A DNA stretch of 60,000 nt from Laetmonice hystrix (taxonomy: Eukaryota). The notes beneath the pieces were generated by a model that did not search any database, was not told where the DNA came from, and worked only from the letters and a program-made list of their open reading frames with translations. The stretch lies in the NCBI GenBank assembly GCA_965235115.1, contig OZ249436.1, positions 22,074,001 to 22,134,000 on the forward strand. Direction: 5' to 3'. Positions 27,261-39,200 of this stretch are shown here, piece by piece. Within the stretch, counting starts at the first letter, position 1. Every line of letters starts with the position of its first letter. A program made the position numbers and the translations under genes.

Positions 27261-30200
27261 CGGCCCCAGCCCCAGCCCCAGCCCTATCGCGAGCAGGGAA
27301 AGCTGGTTAACTGCGGGCTCAACTCGCTTCGTGCTTCTGCAAATTCTCAAAGTCGAACAAATCAGCGTATGTTATCAGAAAATAGGGCTTGCTCCGCTGA
27401 ACTTAAACCGTAACGCTGCTCAATCTCGGAGATTTACCCTCGGACGCGACAAAAGAAACCATTTTGGCCCAGATAGTATCTTTTGTGTAATTCGAATCCA
27501 AACTCTGAGGATAGAGTTTTCAAAACGAGGACAACTTGCATGTATATCTATTTCGGAGAACAAACATTTTGCTGGATGGTTTGGCTGTTTCCATGGAAGC
27601 AGTAGTTGACAGGTTGTAGCTTGGACTCACATACTTGGTCGATAGTTATATAGCTGTACTTGGCCGTTGGATATGTGTGCGTGGGGTATAGAGGCATTGT
27701 GAGTCCGGCTAAATCCGGGTCAGCCATTATCAAGGGCCTGGTTGTGTCGGCTGGCGAACTTTGGTTCTGGTCGAACTCGGGATCCACGGATCAGACAGAG
27801 GCAAGCCGTAATGTAAACATAGCGGAGTTCTCTACCACCAAGGGTATTAGTATAAGCGGGGAGACCGTGTTGTTCGGAGGGGCGGGAGGGGAGAGCCGGG
27901 TGGAAGGGGAGGGAGGGCCGGGTGGAAGGGGAGGGAGGGCCGGGTGGAAGGGGAGGGAGGGCCGGGTGGAAGGGGAGGGAGGGCCGGGTGGAAGGGGAGG
28001 GAGGGCCGGGTGGAAGGGGGGAGGGCCGGGTGGAAGGGTGAGGGAGGGCCGGGTGGAAGGGGAGGGGGGCCGGGTGGAAGGGTGAGGGAGGACCGGGTGG
28101 AAGGGGGATGGAGGGTCGGGTGGAAGGGGGAGGGAAGACTGGGTGGAAGGGGGAGGGAGAGTTCGGTGGAAGGGGAAGGGAGAGCCGGGTGGAAGGGGGA
28201 GGGAGGGCCGGGTGGAAGGGGGAGGGAGGGCCGGGTGGAAGGGGGAGGGAGGGCCGGGTGGAAGGGGGAGGGAGGGCCGGGTTGAAGGGGGAGGGAGGGC
28301 CGGGTGGAAGGGTGAGGGAGGGCCGGGTGGAAGGGGGAGGGAGAGCCGGGTGGAAGGGGGAGGGAGGGCCGGGTGGAAGGGGGAGGGAGGGCCGGGTTGA
28401 AGGGGGAGGGAGGGCCGGGTGGAAGGGGGAGGGAGGGCCGGGTGGAAGGGGGAGGGAGGGCCGGGTGGAAGGGGGAGGGAGGGCCGGGTGGAAGGGGGAG
28501 GGAGGGCCGGGTGGAAGGGGGAGGGAGGGCCGGGTTGAAGGGGGAGGGAGGGCCGGGTGGAAGGGTGAGGGAGGGCCGGGTGGAAGGGGGAGGGAGAGCC
28601 GGGTGGAAGGGGGAGGGAGGGCTACTAGAATCCGACATGGGCATAAACCACGCCAAACTCGGCAAGCCTCTCCAGTCAAGTCCCAGTCGCTCTCTCATTG
28701 CCTCAGTTGTTTATATATACAAGAGCAGGAATTGACACCAGTTACAACTTTAACCCACAGCTTCGGTCTGACTGTAGATATAACAGTAATAACTCGACTC
28801 CAAACTCAAGGTTTGGGTCAGTCAGTGGGTGTTTTCATATGGGATGTTCAGTCGGCCACACGTGGCCAGTGAGCCCGTTTTAAAGTAAACTAAACTAAAC
28901 TGTTATTTGGTGGGAGAACACAAATTGTAGTGTGTGTTTATCGTACTCAAGCTTTTTTCCGCGGTAATTTCAGGCTGAATGCCACTGTAATGTAGCAAAG
29001 TGATCAGTACAGTTACCATGCCTTAATTTGCAATGGTTGGACATGTTATACATAATATGTCAGTTTATGTTATATAAACATGTGATTAGGCTGTGACACG
29101 GTGCACCAAGACAACATAAGCAATGCTTAATGATTTTATATTAAACGCAGTAGCCTCCATTTTAAAGCATGTTATTTGACTGCGATGATCGGTCATCGCG
29201 TCTCATTGGAGGTAGCCCATGGCGCTTACATGTACATAGAGCCATAAAGTATCCTGAATAATATGTAAATGGTGACCAACATCACTGCTTCTATAAACGT
29301 CAATTGAGTACGCTCCGAAAGGTCAGGCCGACAGCCTACAACATGCCCGACCTACTTTATAGTGGTGTTTAATTTTGACATGTGTTTAATGATGAATCAA
29401 ATCAGCCACTAGGGTAATAATTACATTACGATCACAACTGAGGAGAAATGGATATTTGTGCATGCGACGAAAGGCCTGTGAGATCAGTGAGTGGGGTTTG
29501 GGGCTGAGGAAACAGCGAGCGAGCCCCTGCCTGACACAGCGAGGTCGGGCCGGGGGTTCTGGTTGATGACTGCCGGGAAATCACGGCCAGCCGGTCGGCC
29601 GGCCGGCCGGCCGCCCAGCCAGGCCCGGGCCCAGTGAGCTGCGGCCGCCCTGGGCCCGGCCCATCCCGTATGCGGGTAACGTCCGATGACACCATCGACA
29701 CCGAGCGAAGACAAATATTGTCACATATTTTATTCATAACGTGTCGGATTTCATGGTGCTCGCTCAATGTCGGCGATAGTTTGTATTGGACGAGCCGTAC
29801 TATGATCTCCAGTTCGATCGGGTTGGCGGTGAACGATACACTAGCCGTGTTGGCTGAGACAGGCTGGCCGCCCGCGTGACTGACCGACCGACCGACCGGG
29901 GAGGATGTCCCCCCGGCCCCGTTGTTTGTATACACACACCGTGAGCTACCGTCCACAGGCCCGGGCGACCGGCACACACAACACGGACTCACATCAAACT
30001 TAATCATCAGCCGCCGGTTTACGCCGGCACCGAATCACTTCTCCGACCCGTCTTTATTCGCCAATTGCTCCCATTAATTACGTTATCGATCTGGTAATGA
30101 TTATGATTAGAGAATTATTTTTCTGGCGGCTGTCAGGACGAGAGCGGGCGGGTATAGAGGGGAGCACCTGACCGCTGACTACCATGACCGATGTTCAGGC

Positions 30201-33200
30201 CGTGTAATCAAGTTGGAACGACCGTGTACGTTTATCGGTCGAACGTAACCCAATGCTCGTCCCTAACCTCCGTATTGTGGGGCAGGGTAATTCCATCCAC
30301 TTGGCTCAACCCGATTTAATATCTTTTTCTCTGACGTGTCCTGCCGTCATGATTGGATAATTGGGCCGTGATTGCCTACAATAGCGCGCGGCCTGCTGAC
30401 TTTCACCTAGGCCTATTTCAGTATTATAAGCCCGCTGGCTGTGAAAGCAGAGATAATCACCATTGCAGACAGTGATATTCACTGACGATAGACAGCGGCG
30501 GTAGGGATATAGCGAGGTAATCTTTACGACCAGGTCTGGATCGTTTCGGCCCACCAACAAATCTTTAAGCCTCTTGCTGTGATCAGTCCTTCTTTATCCG
30601 CGAGTGTCATATACATTTTATCTGGTCGCTAAACATCTTTACTCATGACTGTTTCATGTCTTCCTCCATTGCAGGTTATTTGGAGCCAAGTGCGCCAAAT
30701 GTAGCCTCGGATTCAATAAGAATGACTTTGTAATGAGAGCACGGAACAAAATATATCACATAGACTGTTTTCGGTGTGTTGCGTGCAGTCGACAGTTGAT
30801 CCCTGGTGATGAGTTCGCTCTCCGGGATGACGGCTTGTTCTGTAAGGCCGACCATGAAGTGGTCGAACGAGCCGCCACCAATGGATCAAACGGCAGTGAC
30901 GTCGACAACAACAATATTAACGCCGAACGCAACAATAACAACAATAATATTGAGAAGAAACCAAACTTACACACAGCAGGTGAGTTGAGATATTTCTACT
31001 TGTTTCTCCCTCACACAATACGAGTACATTTCACGCTTGTTTTAATCACGTATCATTGGTTTGTGTATACGGGTCACGCCGTGTTCATTTCGTCACAATA
31101 AACGTGTGCGCGCGCACACTGTGGGGTGTTAATTTCTAGGGGGGGGGGGGTCCCATCTGGCGTGGAAAGGATGGAGGGAGGGGGGGTTCCATCCCGCCAT
31201 CGATCTCTCGTACCTCGTCGATTTCACGAAACACTGGGTCCACCTTTTGTCAAACATCACACATGGATTAACGCATTCCAAATTAACATAGAAAAACCAT
31301 TTTTAAACATTTTTTGTTCATGACCTGCTTTGAGCATAAGCAATACTTGCGATCATGTTTCTGTTTCAAGGGCGTTTTCTTTCCTTTTTTTATTATTACA
31401 CCGAGGCGAAATAATCATGTTAAAACAATATTTAAAATCTGACCTGCCCCGCGTGAATTCTTGTGCAGATGGCATCATTTGTTTTGCGCTAGCAATCTGG
31501 TTGACGTAAAACATCACCGGAGTGAGGCGTAAAAATGACAATCTGCGTTCCGTAAAACATTGGCCTGATTCATGTGTATAATGACTTGGTATTCACTGCG
31601 ATCACAGACACCGATACGATTATTACAACTTGAAATGTACCGTTGCCTTCTTTGTAATGATTGGCATCGCCCAATTGATTGGTGTATAGGCCGATATAAC
31701 ATGTGACCGGCTGATGAGAGTCAGACTGTGTGGGTAAAAGATCCATTGATATTGTCTCGACGTCTGATAAACATCACGCCTGTATAAGGGAGTCGTTCTT
31801 GGCTGTAGTTTATCGTGCCATATCTCAGGGCCCGTGTACACCGATACAGACGTCTCTCTCGAGGTCGTAACACGACAACCACTGATGGTTAGAGCAGATT
31901 GAAGGCATTGCCAGCAGGGAAATACGGTCCGCGCGGCGTGTGGAAAGCTTCAAGAAACAGTGGAGGCTTCTTTGTGAGGTAGCAGTTTCTTCTCGTTGTG
32001 TTCAGCGCAAAACTGTGGTCAATCTGAACACTTGAAGAAACTAGAATCACAGAGCAACTTTTATTTTTTTTAAATTGAATAGAATAACACGAAGTAGGGA
32101 CGGGTGGGAAGGGACGGGGCGGTGGGCCACCTTGGGCCGGCAGGCATGTCAAGGTCCCGCCGCTGGGCTGGCCCTTGTAGATATACCAGGATACGACTTG
32201 GGCTGGGGAGTAGACTGTACTCAGGTGGCCTGACCGTTCGACTGCTGCAGGCGATACACAGAAACATGGGCGGGTGGTCAGTGACCTGGTTAATTTGGCT
32301 GTCAGTGGAATACTATTGTAGTAGCCCGTGGTATACGTGTGTTCATTGTAGCCAACTTGTTATCCCATATTGGTCGGGGTACAGCTGTGTACGTTTACTG
32401 TACATTGTATGTCAGCTATTCGTATGGTTCCTATATAGTGAGCCTAGAACTGGTTGGACAACTATAGCACGCTATATGCACCCTGCTCGCCATGCTGCAG
32501 TGTCGGTCGGCCGAGTATAAGCCAAGCCGTGTGTATAAGTAGACCAGCTGAGGAGGTTGGTCGCCGAAATATGGGCCGGGGTGGCTGGCTGTCGGCGTAT
32601 GTTTAGATAGCGGCCGCTGTTTGACGTTGGCCACATGTCGGCCGGCCGAGCGAGCGGCCGGCCGGGGGGGTCGGCACTGCCGGGCCGGGCCAGCCGGGCC
32701 AGCCGGGCCGGGCCAACCAGCCGCTCGGCCCGAGACGTCAATGCGCACCGATTAGATAACACTCCTACATCATCGTCACTCATCTCCTCGGCTCGTGTCA
32801 GGCCCTCGGCGCACTGGCCCTCATCTCTCTCAAATATTCCTCTTTTTATTATCATCACCATATAAACAAACCCTGCATCCGTTTACAAACACGTTCCTTG
32901 TTGATAGGACACAATACTTTGTATTCAGCCCGATTTGAGGCCCATTCGACCGGCATTGTTTTGCGTCATGTTGATTCAGGCCGAAATTCGTTGGAAAATC
33001 GCCATTTTCATCGTAAACAAGATTGCGCTGTCTTGATTAGTTTTCGGCAGTGTGATAAATCTTCCTACGAAACAATGTTTTTGCGCATTATCCGACGATT
33101 TACATTTACCGCTCGTACAAGGGTTCATCCGCGCTGCCGTACACTGAAGGCTTTAACACAATTTGGATTTCATGAGCGAGAATGACACAATTGGATGTTC

Positions 33201-36200
33201 TGCGAGGCGTGGGCAAAATATGCACATTTCGAGGAGCGTTTGTTTCGAGGCGGGGGGAGTTTTCTATACAGAGGCCGGGCCCCGCGCGTATTGTGACCGA
33301 GGGTACCATTGTCACGGCCAAGCTGTCGTCTCACAACAGCACCGAACCCCCTCACTCAGTTTGATGTCGCTCTAGTCTCATTCATTCTGGTCGCCAGCTA
33401 GTATTGCACAATCGGTCCTACGTCCTCACACATTCCGCGCCGACGTCGTCTGTGTTTGTTGTGCTCCAAGCGTGCACGGCACGCATGCACGCGCTCCCAA
33501 AACGCCCTCGATTTAACCAGAACCACCTGAGAAGTGAGAAAGGTTGTTAGATAAGTCAGAGGTTGGCAACACGACACGCGCCTTCTGACAACGGGTGCTT
33601 CTCATGTCGTCTGCTTCCAACAACTTGTAAAAACAAACAGCTCGCCGCTGTCGGGCGGGCTGGGCAGGGTGAAAGGGAAAGCGGTGAGCTGAATGCGTCC
33701 TCTCCATATCATACATATTTCTGATGGTTCAGGACATGCACCTACAAGAATTCAGCCATGAGCAATAATTGTTTGAATACGCATGAGGCCAGGATATAAC
33801 GGGTCCATTCCTGGCATGCCTGGCTTTCCATGGGGATCGGCTATTAATATTGAGTTGACGGAGCATTGTTAGAGTTTTAATTAAGATGGTTACACAAGCA
33901 AAACAAGTGCCTGTGTGGGACCCGGGCGCCGGGCCATCATCTGAGGCGCGGCTGAACACGCTGCCCGCCTCCGGGCTAATGTCGCCGTCCTAATAGCTTC
34001 TGGTCACCCCCACCCCCCCCCCCCCCTCTCCTCCCCCGACAGAAACCGACGCCGCCAATAACCACAGTCGGCAAATTTGATTATGTCGGTCCCTTGAATT
34101 TTAACTAATCCAACTAGGGGTATCGATAGCAGGGAGAACGGGAGGGGTACCGATGGCACTGCAGTCCGACAGACCGGGGCTGGGAGGGGGTAGTGTTACT
34201 CGTAACGTACTGAGGGATGGGGTATACAGTGGGGGCACAGACTGAGTGGCGGATTCCAACCCCCAGGAAAAATGACCTTGAAACTGATTTTCCTGCCAGG
34301 AGGCGATCCTGACTTGAATATTATCTGTGAACACATTGCGGGTCTTGGAATGGACCAGGCGTTAACAAGAATTAGAAATGGCTTTCGTCGAGACAATATC
34401 AGTAGATGACAGTTTTTTGATACTCGAGGTATACTACAGGTATATGTTCGGAAATGATAATGATGACAAACGTAAATGGAGGTAAGACAGTTAACATTAT
34501 TCATTCTGTACTGGTGTGTTCTGAAATTAATGACAAGTAATTATGTATGTCCAGATGTACAAAGTATATATATCAGCTGATGTTGATATGATGTCGTTTG
34601 ATGATATAATACTAAACACGTAGACATTATGTTGGTATAAAGTCGAGAAAATCTACGATTGGTATTATATACTTCAAACCTTATTTGCCCATTATGTCCG
34701 CTTTGTATTATGTCTCAACTAAATTGGCGTTTTTATCGTTATGATATATGTACATACATTTACATGTATATACTGACGCTATTGATACGATGATGCAATA
34801 TGCATATCAGCGGTTTGGGGCAACCACGTCCATAAATGCATGTACTATGTGTTGCCGTATGCATATAGCCTATATATATGGATCAAAACGAGGCCCCCCA
34901 CCTTCCGTATACACAGTATAATAACGCACCACATGCCCAGGATAGGTCTCTCCTCGTCCACCAGGAGATGAGACAATCAAACGTATAATAAATGCTGGGA
35001 ACACAACGAAAGGTCTGTGTGCATGAGTGGGTCTGGTTGGTTTGAGAATGACCGCCGCCGCCATGACTGACAGAGTGTGGAGATAAACCTGGAGATGATT
35101 CCCACGACCTTTCTAACATCACTGGCCATCAACTCGACCAGACATGGTCCGTAACAGATGTCTCAAGGCCAGTCGTATTCCGGGAGCTGGATCGTCAAGC
35201 CAATAAAAAATACCCGTACAAGTCCAGCGCCACATTTATATTGGGAAGGAATGCTAGATATATACACTGCTGCGTTTGATATTGAAAGTATATAATTATG
35301 ATATACAAACGCTCCGCAAGTGCTTCCACTCATGCATACAGTAATCATGCATGGCCACGGTGGAAGCAAGATTAATGCCTGATTAATTTCAAATTTCATA
35401 ATGTATGTATACATGCATTTAGAATATATTAAGTCCTCTAAATACTAACAACCGATAGCATGTCACAATATTCATTTATCCAAGTGTTATACCACCTCCC
35501 TGTCGCATTATCCAAACAATCCTATACATATTTACAGATACATACAACATGTACACACATACATACACCCATACATACACAAGCAAATATTACATACGTT
35601 TCATATATACCTACATGACACAGGTGTGTTTTATATATTTGGTTTTGATCAGTTACACCTATAGATTATATACGTGGGTCTTGGCAGGGACAATGACAAT
35701 CGTCTCACGCGTATTTGAATATATTTCAGGAGAAAACCACCGGCATACGGCGCATGCGGAGAGCCTGCAGGAGACAAAGCCTTACCTGTCTCCCGAGAGA
35801 ACAAAAAGACTCACAAAGACTCACTTGGAGACAGTGAGGCGTACCGTACCCCATATACATACTTCTAGTATGATATACATACCCTTTCAGGAGCCCTATA
35901 CTTCTCAGCGCACCAGAAAACTAGAGCCTCAGGCATCCATGCAGTTTAGGGATTGCTGTGAAATCATGGTTTAGAGCCATTGATTCCATGTGTATTTCTT
36001 GCAGGGACAGCGGACCCTGTCCACGTAGAGCAACGTTTGAAGACGTCACACGGACGCGCGAACGGACATAAACCGTCCAGAATACGAACTGTTCTCACCG
36101 AAAAGCAACTGCATTTCCTGAAGACTTGCTATGCGGCCGACCCGAGACCGAATGCCCGCGTCAGTGAGCAGTTAGCCGAGATGACCGGGCTCCCCAAACG

Positions 36201-39200
36201 GGCGGTCCGAGTGTGGTTCCAGAACCGACGATACAAGGACACACGGAAATTACAACTCTGCGACCATTTATAGCAAACCGACAAATACTCGGCTGAGACC
36301 CACACAAACAAACAAACAAATAAAAAACAGGTGTTAGAACTGCCCGAAATCAATTCTGTAAACATTCCGATATTCGTCTGTGATGAATGCCTTTATACGT
36401 TATTTGATACCGTAGGTCGTACTGGGGAGGACCTGCGTCACTATAAATAGTGTTCAGTTCCAATCTATACATGAAAAAAAGACCAACATACACGTGGAAG
36501 AAATGTGTTCAAATCATGTCTATTTCACGCCATGTGTCCATTTCAGGGCAAGCAGAGCCGGTGCGGGCTGCCCGGGCGGGATCGAGGTCCGGGCCCGCGG
36601 CGCACAAAAAGGAGCCCAAACCTACACGAGCTCGGACGGTACTCAACGAAAAACAGCTGCGAACCTTACAGGCATGTTACAATGCTAACCCGCGTCCAGA
36701 CGCGCTTCTCAACGAGCAATTGGTCAAAATGACCTCTCTGACATCTCGCGTCATTAGGACATGGTTCATAAACAAGCGCTCCAAGGACAAGAGAAGAAAA
36801 TTCTAACTGTGATCATCATGCTGCTCATCCTCCTCCTCATCATTATTACCTCTCAGATCGGTTACTCTTTCCTCCCATAGAAAACGCCCCATCTCAGTAT
36901 TCTATGTAGGTGTTCGCCGAATGAAACAAGAAGGATTACAACAAAGAAGTCAGCCTAAGTGTCACTGCCAGACACCGACACAACCCACCTTAGAAACAAT
37001 CAAACTTTAGAGTCTATTTCACGCCATGTCCATTTCAGGTCAAGTAGAAGTGAGACCGTCCGTGCGTAAGGGTGGAAAAGCAGGCCATAGCCACAAAAAG
37101 GATTCCAAACGGACGCGCGCACGGACGGTGCTCAACGAACGCCAACTCGACACGTTACAGACATGGTATAAAGCCAACCCGCGCCCCGACGCCCTGATGA
37201 AGGAACAATTGGTCGAAATGACCTCTCTGTCCTCTCGGGTTATTCGGGTTTGGTTCCAAAACAAAAGATCAAAGGACAAGAAAAGGGGCTTCATAGACAA
37301 TGAACAGCACATGGCATGTCATATGAACTGAACTATATGCTTCTCCAGATTCTCTATATGTAACTTTCTTCTCCCGTGTCTTATTAGGTTTTAAAGACAG
37401 CAGAACTGACACCAAAAGATTAAGACGCCCTCCAGAGTGAACTCTTTTTGACAGACTTAGATAAAAACAAAAACAAACACGAGTGAAATAGATGTATGTC
37501 TGCCCATGTCTATTTCACATCGTGTGTCCATTTCAGGCAAGGCAGAACACTTACCCAGAGGGCGCGTGGCAGGAAAGTCGGGGCATGTGCACAAAAAGGA
37601 TCCGAAACAGACGCGTCGAAGAACAGTGCTCAACGAAAAGCAACAGCAAACGCTGTGGATCTGTTACAATGCTAATCCGAGGCCGGACGCCCTCATGAAG
37701 GAACAGTTGGCTGAGATGACTGGTCTCTCGCCTCGAGTCATCCGAACGTGGTTCCAGAATAAACGTGATAAAGACAAGAGAAGGCAGAGGTCGTAACCAT
37801 CCTCATGACCTCCTGTACAAACCAATCGATGATGTGGCCTTCCGTACGCAAACCATCATCCTCAGTGAACTTTCTTTATCCCCAATAATCTCTCACAGCC
37901 CAGACCTCACACATCACGCCCAGCAGCCACTGCCTCCGCCCAGACAACTCCCACCTGGAAATATTAAACCAAAAAAACAAAAACAAAATAGTGCAAAGAT
38001 AACAGTGAAATAGTTGTCTAGACCTCATTTCTATTTCACACCCGTGTGTTCATTGCAGGCCAGGCAGAACAGGTAACGTCATCAGGGCGGTCTGGAGCGC
38101 GGCACGTGCACAAACAGGAACACAAACCGACGCGCGTGCGGACGGTGCTCAACGAAAAGCAACTGCACACGTTACGAACATGTTACAATGCCAACCCGCG
38201 ACCGGACGCACTCATGAAGGAACAGTTGGTCGAAATGACCTCTCTGTCCCCGCGGGTCATCCGGGTGTGGTTCCAAAACAAGCGCTGCAAAGACAAAAAG
38301 AAATCGATCCTTATGAAACAGATGGCGCAGCAACAAGAAAAGGTACGTATCGCCTTTATATAATTATATTTTGGCTGAAAGGTATTGAAACTCGACACCC
38401 TGTCCGATTCACGTGCCTGGTGTGATACATCTGTATTGTAAGTCTGTTGGTCCATACCTGTGCTAGTCATGAGTCTCCAGATATTCGCAATCTTGACATT
38501 TATAGGAAGGTTTTTGCTGGTGATTTACTTTGAAATATTATGTGGCGGATAAACGTATCGAGAGATTCATAGGGAAAACGGTAACTGGAAACTTCCGCTG
38601 GTCACATAGGAGGAGGAAACACTATTAAAACGAGAGGTTTAACAGGGACAAATATATTATTAGGTATATTGAGTTTCAACGCGCAAATACTTTGAGTCTT
38701 GGCTACATATGTAATTGTGTATGTCTCGACCCTGCCACACGGTTCGTACACAAAGGGTATATTTACTCCACGTAGCTGCCTTGGGATCTAGGGATAGCAC
38801 GTCCACACAGCCTGCCTTATCTACCTTTATCAGTCACGTGACCACAGGTGACAAGTTGAGTAACTGCCGCGGGTAGCCTGCAGGAAGGTTGGTCAGGACT
38901 CTCTGTGCGCTGCGTGCTGTGAGAGCTGGAAACTCCGACCCGATGTCACAAATTACTCGTGTGTCTGCTCGACGGAGGGGTGGGGGAGTGTATGGTTCAT
39001 TACATATAATGATATACGGAGAACCAACAACGAATTGACTACTAGTATACCCTCTAGGCCAAGTTGTAAAGGTTCGGCCTTTTTCTCGAATACGACCCTG
39101 GTTTTCAGACATGGGTTTCATTCTCAAATACGACCCTGGGATTCAGACATGGGTCTCATTCTCAAATACGACCCTGGTTTTCATACAGGGTCTCGTTCTC

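Noticed and set aside
27720..28872. Pro-rich and Gly-rich ORFs resembling extensin or RGG proteins
   Set aside because: Translations of the 23-bp G-rich repeat inside intron 2.
32548..32575. CTGAGGA...GAAA hammerhead-like core
   Set aside because: Stem II is only 3 bp and stems I and III do not form convincingly.
34981..35070. Short frame ending [11 protein letters not shown], resembling homeodomain helix 3
   Set aside because: No in-frame acceptor, wrong spacing to any helix 1/2 and an upstream stop; likely chance.
36005..38342. One protein with five tandem homeodomains, or an assembly artefact
   Set aside because: Copies A-D end in stops with no in-frame donors, and the copies are too divergent from each other to be mis-assembled duplicates or alleles.
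35980..38363. Five independent single-exon homeobox genes, as the ORF track suggests
   Set aside because: The ORF starts lie in intron-like acceptor sequence, homology begins exactly at the phase-1 AG, and there is little room for promoters. Exon duplication fits better.
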